DNA of 48,859 nt from Minisyncoccota bacterium (lineage in GTDB: Bacteria; Patescibacteriota; Minisyncoccia; Phycocordibacterales; UBA9973). The notes beneath the pieces were generated by a model. That model had not been told where the DNA came from. It saw nothing but the letters and a program-made list of their open reading frames with translations, and did not search any database. The stretch's first letter is position 1; every line of letters begins with the position of its first letter. Below, one piece after another: positions 1 to 6,642 of this stretch. The translations under genes were made by a program, and so were the position numbers. The stretch spans positions 1-48,859 of the forward strand of contig JAYRGZ010000005.1 in the NCBI GenBank assembly GCA_041907605.1, given 5' to 3'.

Positions 1-159
1 GAGGGTAAAAGAGGAAAATTCCAAAACCATCACAATGCATATAGGAAGAAGGGTGAGCACTGTGGCAAGAGAGGTTGTAGTGGTGTTATAATACGAAAAG
101 TTATCGGTGGGCGGAGCGCACATTTCTGCTCTGTACACCAAAAATTAATCAATAAATAA
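1..159 (+). CDS. Fpg/Nei-family DNA glycosylase, C-terminal fragment (5' end outside window)
   Basis: Frame-1 translation ...AYRKKGEHCGKRGCSGVIIRKVIGGRSAHFCSVHQKLINK* fits the C-terminal zinc-finger region of Fpg/Nei (Y-R-x-G-x-x-C...GGRS-x-x-FC). Stop TAA at 157-159. The finger is a C-x4-C ... C-x2-H variant. Confidence 0.55.
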   Translation, partial: EGKRGKFQNHHNAYRKKGEHCGKRGCSGVIIRKVIGGRSAHFCSVHQKLINK

Positions 160-161
160 TT

Positions 162-359
162 ATGTCAGGACACGCAGGAGGACATGGAGGTGGTGGAATA
201 GAAGCACTGAAGGATCTAAAGTGGCTCATTTTCATCTTGGTTATTCTTTGGCTACTTTGGTTTTTTACCGGTGGACCTGAGCGCAACACTGGTGACAAAC
301 CGTTTATCAAACCAGCAAATCCAATAGACTCAGGCGAGACTTACGGACCCAGTCACTGA
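162..359 (+). CDS. Small membrane protein with Gly/His-rich N-terminus (hypothetical)
   Basis: 65-aa ORF starting 3 nt after the preceding stop. It has one strongly hydrophobic segment (WLIFILVILWLLWFF) and an N-terminal SGHAGGHGGGG. No family recognised. Confidence 0.4.
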   Translation: MSGHAGGHGGGGIEALKDLKWLIFILVILWLLWFFTGGPERNTGDKPFIKPANPIDSGETYGPSH

Positions 360-366
360 TTCTTTT

Positions 367-457
367 CCGGTCCCTTTTAAAACCCATATAATTTTCTGGG
401 GAAAATTTATTCTCGCTCGTGTCGCCACACTGCGCTACGGTTTTAAAAGAGGCCCGG
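367..457 (+). repeat. Nested-hairpin 3'-end element, copy A
   Basis: Outer stem 367-384/439-457, inner hairpin AATTTTC-TGGG-GAAAATT at 390-407, then a 31-nt TATTCTCGCTCG...GCGCTAC segment. Lies directly downstream of the 65-aa gene in sense orientation. Confidence 0.5.
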
Positions 458-501
458 GGATCTATTAAATCCAAAATCCTAATTTGTATTCCAAAAGCCC
501 T

Positions 502-591
502 GCCGGACGATTTGCGAGCGCAACAAAGCGCGACGGCGCGAGTTAGAAGGAATTTTCAACAGAAAATTACCTGACTCGCAAATCGTCCGGC
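502..591 (-). repeat. Nested-hairpin 3'-end element, copy B (inverted relative to copy A)
   Basis: Perfect 17-bp outer stem 502-518/575-591. Inner hairpin AATTTTC-N4-GAAAATT at 551-568. The 32-nt segment, read on the minus strand, aligns with copy A. Lies directly downstream of the minus-strand trmH-like gene. Confidence 0.5.
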
Positions 592-597
592 TAAAAC

Positions 598-1083
598 CTA
601 CTTATCTAAAATCCCAAAAAGTGCTACACCACCTGCGACAGAAACATTCAGCGACTCTTTCTTCCCACTCATTGAAATCTCAGCTATTTTGTCACAGAGT
701 TTTAATACACCATTTTCTATTCCATCGACTTCATTTCCTAGTATAAAAGCCATTCTCTCGGTCTTTTTTATTTTTTTATAATCTACTGAATTTTTTGATT
801 GTTCTATAGCTACTATAGTATGTTTAGTTTGTTTTAAGATATCAATCACTGTTTCTATGTCTTTACTGTGTTCCCAAGGCACACTCTGCTCTGCCCCGAG
901 TGCCGATTTGGCTACATCACCCCTACTCCTACCAAATTTATCCAGTGGTGTTGGCGTATAACCCGTGAGATATATCTTTGAAATTCCTACTGCATCTGCG
1001 GTACGAAAAAGCGCACCGACATTTTGTGCACTACGAATATTGTGAAGTATGAGTACGTAATTATTTTTTAAAATTTTATCCAT
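598..1083 (-). CDS. SpoU/TrmH-family RNA 2'-O-methyltransferase
   Basis: Family motifs present: NIRSAQNVGALFRTADAVG, ILGNEVDGI, and the C-terminal knot motif SLNVSVAGGVALF. Confidence 0.85.
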   Translation of the reverse strand: MDKILKNNYVLILHNIRSAQNVGALFRTADAVGISKIYLTGYTPTPLDKFGRSRGDVAKSALGAEQSVPWEHSKDIETVIDILKQTKHTIVAIEQSKNSVDYKKIKKTERMAFILGNEVDGIENGVLKLCDKIAEISMSGKKESLNVSVAGGVALFGILDK

Positions 1084-1172
1084 ATTTTTATACTATCATT
1101 AAATTGATTTCTTGATATATATGTGTTATTTTGGATGTACTTTCTGGCAATAATAAATACATGCCTAAATAC

Positions 1173-1245
1173 GCGCCCGTAGCTCAGCTGGTAGAGCAGC
1201 TCCCTTTTAAGGAGATGGTCGCAGGTTCGATTCCTGCCGGGCGCA
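1173..1245 (+). tRNA. tRNA-Lys (anticodon UUU), CCA not encoded
   Basis: Cloverleaf read by hand. Acceptor GCGCCCG/CGGGCGC, D arm GCTC-AGCTGGTA-GAGC, anticodon loop CTTTTAA, T arm GCAGG-TTCGATT-CCTGC, discriminator A. Confidence 0.93.
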
Positions 1246-1274
1246 CAAATTGATTTTCTGCTAGAATATATATT

Positions 1275-1667
1275 ATGGATACAAAGAAATTTATAGCATT
1301 TATAGTTATTGTAATAGGTATTGTTGTTGGGATGCGGTTTATAATTTCCAGTACCGCAACAAGCAGTAAATACACTGATTTGGTGAAATGTATGGCCGAT
1401 AAGGGTGTCAAATTCTACGGCGCGTTTTGGTGCCCTCACTGCCAAGAACAAGAGAAGTGGTTAGCAATGTCACGAGCCGAACTTGAAAAGGCAGGTCTTT
1501 ATGTAGAGTGTTCTACACCAGACGGTGGTGGTCAAACTCAAGTTTGTATTGATAAAAAAGTAGCGAGTTATCCATCATGGGATTTTGGAGATGGAACACT
1601 ACAGACCGGAGAATTAAAAGTTGAAGAACTAGCACAAAAATCATCCTGCCCACTCCCTACTAAATAA
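1275..1667 (+). CDS. Membrane-anchored thioredoxin-fold thiol-disulfide oxidoreductase (DsbA-like partner)
   Basis: N-terminal TM segment followed by FYGAFWCPHCQEQ. This CPHC active site resembles the Trx domains associated with VKOR/DsbB systems. Stop is 1 nt before the DsbB-like gene. Confidence 0.7.
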   Translation: MDTKKFIAFIVIVIGIVVGMRFIISSTATSSKYTDLVKCMADKGVKFYGAFWCPHCQEQEKWLAMSRAELEKAGLYVECSTPDGGGQTQVCIDKKVASYPSWDFGDGTLQTGELKVEELAQKSSCPLPTK

Positions 1668-1668
1668 C

Positions 1669-2202
1669 ATGGAAACATTTACTTCAGTATTCAATATTTT
1701 ATCTGCTATTGTATCAATCATATGGTTTGTAGCGGGACTTGTATTTCTATTTTCTAAAAAAGAAAGTGCTATATCGAAGTTCGTCTCAAAAAACATTTTG
1801 TGGTTAGGGGTCTTCGTAGCAGGATCATCTTTGGTTGGTAGTCTTATATATTCCAATGTTATAGGCTACGCAGCGTGTACACTTTGTTGGTATGCACGTA
1901 TTTTGCTCTACCCACAATTTGCAATATTCCTCTTGGCTCTTATGAAAAAAGATCGTGGGATTTTCGATTATGTATTTCTGCTTTCAATTTTAGGAATTAT
2001 TATTTCTGGATATCATTACTTTCTAGTTGATCTCGCTCATATTGAACTCGTCACCTGTGATGCCAACAACGTCTCGTGCGCGACTAGATATGTATACGAA
2101 TTTGGTTTTGTGACAATTCCCTTCATGTCTTTATCTGCATTTGTATTTCTCACTGGTGCACTTGCTTCTGCCAAACGAGCTTTGAAACAAAGCATAAATT
2201 AG
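1669..2202 (+). CDS. DsbB/BdbC-family disulfide bond formation protein
   Basis: Four hydrophobic segments, CTLCWYARILLYPQ (CxxC in the first loop) and a second Cys pair (TCDANNVSC), typical of BdbC-type DsbB. Confidence 0.75.
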   Translation: METFTSVFNILSAIVSIIWFVAGLVFLFSKKESAISKFVSKNILWLGVFVAGSSLVGSLIYSNVIGYAACTLCWYARILLYPQFAIFLLALMKKDRGIFDYVFLLSILGIIISGYHYFLVDLAHIELVTCDANNVSCATRYVYEFGFVTIPFMSLSAFVFLTGALASAKRALKQSIN

Positions 2203-2392
2203 GTTTTTCCCCAATCTAGAAAATGGTACCCAAAAATGCGGTATAATAATACCGAATGGGTACATGATCTTCATATGCAGGTTATCCGCTTAGGATATAA
2301 TATTTAGCATTTTGGGAGACATGAGAACATAGAATTATTACTTTGTTCTACCAGTTCCTTTTTTACAGTTATGATGTTCTTTTGAAAAGGCT

Positions 2393-2446
2393 AAAGAGCC
2401 TCGAGCAAGTATTTCTTCACAGAAATGTTTACTCGAGGCTCTTTTT
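2393..2446. terminator. Bidirectional intrinsic terminator between the DsbB-like and holA-like genes
   Basis: 13-bp perfect stem AAAGAGCCTCGAG/CTCGAGGCTCTTT with an inner ATTTCT-TCAC-AGAAAT hairpin. An A run lies on one side and a T run on the other. Confidence 0.7.
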
Positions 2447-2450
2447 CATT

Positions 2451-3173
2451 TTATCCTGCGTATTCCAAAACAAATTTTTCAAATGTATTTACGAAATCAG
2501 TTTTACCAAATTGTGAATCATGATAAAAATGCACCAAATCCATAACGCATTTATCTAATTCTTCCTTTTTCCATTTTGGAAGTGCACTCTCTGTTTTTTT
2601 GTATACAAAAGGATTTAATCCCGCTTCTGTCTGGTTCTTTGATTTCTCTACAAGGATCAGATTTTTCAGTGCCCAAAACAATATTCCGGAAATCTCCCGC
2701 GGATCAATTCCATTATCAATTGCGCTACGATAAAGTATCCAGGTTCTTTTTTTATCTTTTTGAATAAACGCGTCGCTTATTGAAAATACATTGAATCGCT
2801 GTGATTGTTTTGTAACTTTTTCGCCCTCCCCTAAGACCTCTCCGTGTTTTTTAAATTTTGTTACAACATCTTTTGTTAGAGATTGAGATTCAATGAAGAA
2901 AAAAATATTGGGCGAACTTTCAAGTTTTGAAATATTTTCTAAGATCCATTCCTCTAGATCTGGAACTCCCAACAAGTGCTGGCATTCAATAATATATTTT
3001 TCTCCAAACATACTTGCAGTGGTGGAGAGATTTTGTAGATCTTCTGTAGAAGTATTTGTATCGTTGTGAAAAATCGTGACAAGATTTTTGTTTTGCTTAT
3101 TTAAAGTAGAATAAACATTGTCGCGATTTTTGGACCGTGTTTTTACATCAGTTCCGAAGACAAGATAGATCAT
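2451..3173 (-). CDS. holA: DNA polymerase III delta subunit-like (short HolA)
   Basis: N-terminus MIYLVFGTD... and overall helical pattern resemble HolA. At 240 aa it is short for the family. Sits in a replication-gene neighbourhood downstream of polA. Confidence 0.4.
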   Translation of the reverse strand: MIYLVFGTDVKTRSKNRDNVYSTLNKQNKNLVTIFHNDTNTSTEDLQNLSTTASMFGEKYIIECQHLLGVPDLEEWILENISKLESSPNIFFFIESQSLTKDVVTKFKKHGEVLGEGEKVTKQSQRFNVFSISDAFIQKDKKRTWILYRSAIDNGIDPREISGILFWALKNLILVEKSKNQTEAGLNPFVYKKTESALPKWKKEELDKCVMDLVHFYHDSQFGKTDFVNTFEKFVLEYAG

Positions 3174-3174
3174 A

Positions 3175-3639
3175 CTAGAAACGTACTTTCTTCTGATAAG
3201 TTGTATATGCGTCGCTATATTTATTCACAAGGAGAGATTCTTCTTTGCGAATAAAAATATAACGAGTAATTAGGAATGCAAAGGTAGAAAAAATTAATAA
3301 CCAAAGTGAATTTATGATTGCAGAAAATCCGAGCACTAAGAGAAACAAACCTAGATGTGTAGGACTGCGAGTTATAGTGTAAGGTCCGCGGTAAAAAATT
3401 TTCCAATCATTTACTCCCTCTCCACGAAGTTTAGCTGTTTTATCAGTGGTGTGTTGTGCCCAATACATAAGTAAAGGTCCAACGATAATTAATATCAAAC
3501 CCAATCCCTCTACTCCCCTATGAGAGAATTGATACGGGTACCAAATCTGAAGTCCCAAACCAATAAGTATTGAGAAAAAGTAGACTAGATATGAATGTCC
3601 GAGAACTACATGGATAAGGTTTAGAGGATTTAGCTTCAT
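3175..3639 (-). CDS. Isoprenylcysteine carboxyl methyltransferase (ICMT/PEMT)-family membrane protein
   Basis: Polytopic protein. GPYTITRSPTHLGLFLLVLG ... RKEESLLVNKYSDAYTTYQKKV matches the G-x-Y-x-x-x-R-x-P-x-Y ... EE-x-x-L ... Y-x-x-Y signature. Confidence 0.6.
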   Translation of the reverse strand: MKLNPLNLIHVVLGHSYLVYFFSILIGLGLQIWYPYQFSHRGVEGLGLILIIVGPLLMYWAQHTTDKTAKLRGEGVNDWKIFYRGPYTITRSPTHLGLFLLVLGFSAIINSLWLLIFSTFAFLITRYIFIRKEESLLVNKYSDAYTTYQKKVRF

Positions 3640-3692
3640 ATGTTAGTTTATTGCTCTATTGTAGCTATGAAATACTAGTAAGTAAAGACATC

Positions 3693-6074
3693 TTATTTCA
3701 TGAGACCCCAGTTTTTGGCCTTGTTAACACTCACTATTATTGGTACTGGTGTTCGGTCTTTTATAAACTCTTTGGGTATTATTTGTTCCATATTTTCCTT
3801 TATAATAACTTCAGCTTCTTTTATCGTGCTATCTTCTACTTCATATACCAACTCATCGTGGATTTGCATGACTAAATGTATTTTATTCTCTAAATTTTTA
3901 GATTTTAGTTCTTTGTCTATTGCTACAATTGCCAACTTTACAATATCGGCAGTAGCTGTTCCTTGTATAGGGGCGTTGATTGCCATACGTTCTGCCATTG
4001 CACGGATAAATGGAATTTTTGAACGAAGTCCAGGGAAATATCGTTTGCGACCAAAAAGTGTTTCGGTATATCCTGTTTTCTTCGCTTCTTCTACCACAGA
4101 ATCTAAATATGCTTTAATTGTTGGAAATTGTTCAAAATAATTATCGTGGAATTTTTGTGCCTCCTTGCGATCTGTCCCTAGGTTTTGCATAAGAGCAGTA
4201 ACACCCATACCGTATAGAATTCCAAAGTTTATCACTTTGGCTCTACGACGCATTTCATGTGTTACTTCATTTTCTTTTACCCCAAAAACCTTCATAGCGA
4301 CAGCAGCATGAACATCTTTTCCATCATTAAAAACTTTCAAAAAATATGGGTCTTGTGATAGTAGTGCTGCAATACGTAGTTCAATTTGAGAATAATCAAA
4401 GCTCATAAGAGTATGGCCCTCCCCTGCAATAAAAGCATTACGAATATTTTTACCAAGCTCCGTTTTAACAGGTATATTTTGTAAATTTGGGTCTTGTGAT
4501 GAAAATCTTCCGGTTGAAGCTCCAGCTTGATTGAATTTCGAATGAAGCCGGCCGTCTTTCCCTATAAGTAATGGGATAGTATCAATATATGTGGATAGTA
4601 GCTTTTGTAGTTCTCGATACTGGAAAATCAAAGGCACAATAGGATGAACCTCGCGAAGTTTTTCTAATTCACTCTCTCGAGTTGAGCGCGCACCTCCGGC
4701 AGTTTTCTTCATTCGACGTCCTTTTGCATCCTCACCTAAAGTATCTAGTTTCATCTCATCAAACAATATTTGACCCAATTGCTTCGGTGAATTAATATTG
4801 AATTCACGACCGGCAAACGAAATAATCTGTTTCTGTAATTTATCAAGCTCTGTATGATATTCTTCCGATAAATTTTTCAAATATTTTAGATCAATCAAAA
4901 TCCCGTGACGTGTCACTTCTTCTAAGATTGGAATAAGCGGTAACTCCATTTGGTTATATACAAAGGATAACCCCCTCTCTTCTATCATTTTATTGATAGC
5001 ACGTTGTGCGTCTTCCAAATTTTCAGTTTTGGTAAAATCTAATATATCTCTACGGGTTATATTTGTAATTTCAGAATTAAGCAACCACACTCCTAGTGCA
5101 GGCTTTCTTATGTCTTCATTGTCACTTTCTTTTTCTGACTTTTCCTCTATCGCTTCAGGATTAAATATCTTTTGAATTCTCGGTATAAGAGAACGAAATT
5201 CTAAATCACCCAAAACTTTTGTAATTGCATTCACATCAATATCTTCTCTGAATGATTTATTCGGTAATGAAAATTCTATCGGGGCATCTAGCCTAATAGT
5301 TGCTAGGGTTTTTGAGAAAAGTGCTTCTTCTTCACCATCTTTTAAAAGTTGGAAAACCCTAGCTGTGACACCGATCTTTTTGAATTCCTCTTCTCCGTTT
5401 TTTGCTTTTAGTTTTTTGTAGATTGATTCAATCGTTCCAAAATTTTTTATAAGTGTTTCGGCTGTTTTCTCTCCAATTCCCTTAATTCCTATAATATTAT
5501 CTGATGGATCACCACGAAGACCCTTATAGTCAGGAAGAAGTTTTGGTTTGAAACCAAAACGCTCTACTACTGCTTTTTCGTCATACAAAATTGTATCGTT
5601 AATTCCTTTTTTGAGAGTAAAAACTTTTATGTGATTTCCGTGAACAAGTTGCAGTGTATCCATATCACCAGAGGCAATAATTACACTTAATTTTTCATTG
5701 TGTACATGTGTCGCAATAGTTCCCAAAATATCATCTGCCTCAAATCCGGGAGCATCATATATTGGAATGTTAAATGCTTTGAAAATTTCGCGTGAAAAAA
5801 TAATCTGATCGACGAGTGCATCATCAGTTTTCGCACGTCCAGCTTTATATGCATCATATGCATCGTGACGAAATGTTTTTTGTGGTAAGTCATAACATGC
5901 CACGATATAGTCCGGTTTCAGATCTGTAATTATTTTAAGTAACATTGTCACTATCCCATAGAGTGCTCCTGTTGGCTGTCCCTTGGAAGAAACAAAATCT
6001 GGAAGTGCATGATAGGCACGATGAATAATCGCGTGCGAATCAAGCAAAACAAGGGTTTTTGGGGACTTTTCCAT
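3693..6074 (-). CDS. polA: DNA polymerase I (5' nuclease plus family A polymerase)
   Basis: The 5'-3' exonuclease N-terminus (LLDSHAIIHRAYHA, GFEADD) and polymerase motifs A/B/C (DYSQIELR, RRRAKVINFGILYG, QIHDEL) are present. The central 3'-5' exonuclease-like region looks short. Confidence 0.95.
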   Translation of the reverse strand: MEKSPKTLVLLDSHAIIHRAYHALPDFVSSKGQPTGALYGIVTMLLKIITDLKPDYIVACYDLPQKTFRHDAYDAYKAGRAKTDDALVDQIIFSREIFKAFNIPIYDAPGFEADDILGTIATHVHNEKLSVIIASGDMDTLQLVHGNHIKVFTLKKGINDTILYDEKAVVERFGFKPKLLPDYKGLRGDPSDNIIGIKGIGEKTAETLIKNFGTIESIYKKLKAKNGEEEFKKIGVTARVFQLLKDGEEEALFSKTLATIRLDAPIEFSLPNKSFREDIDVNAITKVLGDLEFRSLIPRIQKIFNPEAIEEKSEKESDNEDIRKPALGVWLLNSEITNITRRDILDFTKTENLEDAQRAINKMIEERGLSFVYNQMELPLIPILEEVTRHGILIDLKYLKNLSEEYHTELDKLQKQIISFAGREFNINSPKQLGQILFDEMKLDTLGEDAKGRRMKKTAGGARSTRESELEKLREVHPIVPLIFQYRELQKLLSTYIDTIPLLIGKDGRLHSKFNQAGASTGRFSSQDPNLQNIPVKTELGKNIRNAFIAGEGHTLMSFDYSQIELRIAALLSQDPYFLKVFNDGKDVHAAVAMKVFGVKENEVTHEMRRRAKVINFGILYGMGVTALMQNLGTDRKEAQKFHDNYFEQFPTIKAYLDSVVEEAKKTGYTETLFGRKRYFPGLRSKIPFIRAMAERMAINAPIQGTATADIVKLAIVAIDKELKSKNLENKIHLVMQIHDELVYEVEDSTIKEAEVIIKENMEQIIPKEFIKDRTPVPIIVSVNKAKNWGLMK

Positions 6075-6090
6075 ATTATCAGTATATCAC

Positions 6091-6522
6091 CTAGAGGAGA
6101 ACTTCTCTTCCTTCTCTTCCTCTGTGTTTTAAGAATATATGTAATGTATTTTTAGGGAGAAGTTTGGAAACAATTTCCGGCCATTCCAATATAATAAGAT
6201 TTTTGGGGTCTTCCAGGATTTCCTTGAATCCTAGCTTTACCAAATCCTCCGCATTTTTTAATCTATATGCATCTATGTGAATGACTGTACTAATTTTTTT
6301 GTAATCGATATCAAATCTTCGCATGATCACAAATGTTGGACTTTTGGTTTTAGCTTTTGGATTTAAAATACTAAGAATTTGTTTTGTGAGTGTTGTTTTT
6401 CCCGCACCCAAATCACCATGAAGTGCTATGACTTTGGCTTTTGTGGATTTAGTTTTCTCTACTTTATCTATTATTTTTTGGGCTATAGATTTTAGATCAC
6501 TCTCAGTAATGATGCGTTTCAT
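6091..6522 (-). CDS. tsaE: tRNA t6A37 biosynthesis ATPase TsaE (YjeE)
   Basis: LHGDLGAGKTTLTKQI P-loop and HIDAYRL motif. Start set at MKRII (6522) because the longer ORF to 6555 runs into the upstream terminator hairpin. Confidence 0.85.
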   Translation of the reverse strand: MKRIITESDLKSIAQKIIDKVEKTKSTKAKVIALHGDLGAGKTTLTKQILSILNPKAKTKSPTFVIMRRFDIDYKKISTVIHIDAYRLKNAEDLVKLGFKEILEDPKNLIILEWPEIVSKLLPKNTLHIFLKHRGREGREVLL

Positions 6523-6553
6523 ACTACAGTGATACCATAATTTATAGAAACAC

Positions 6554-6581
6554 AAAACCCGCCAGGCATTCGGCGGGTTTT
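6554..6581 (-). terminator. Intrinsic terminator after the 803-aa surface protein gene
   Basis: AAAACCCGCC-loop-GGCGGGTTTT. On the minus-strand RNA the stem is followed by a U-rich run. Confidence 0.75.
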
Positions 6582-6642
6582 GTTGGCATCAATCCTTTCT
6601 GGAAATAGCATTTGTATTTAAATTCCCAAAAAGTGTGTTGGC

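Noticed and set aside
1068-1451. 127-aa and 75-aa minus-strand ORFs spanning the tRNA-Lys locus
   Set aside because: They overlap a well-formed tRNA and the 5' part of the thioredoxin-fold gene. Their translations have no protein-like features.
2393-2446. Fourth copy of the nested-hairpin 3' element
   Set aside because: It has an outer stem and an ATTTCT-TCAC-AGAAAT inner hairpin. However, it lacks the ~31-nt UUCU..CUC segment and forms an almost continuous stem with flanking A/T runs. It is better explained as an ordinary bidirectional intrinsic terminator.
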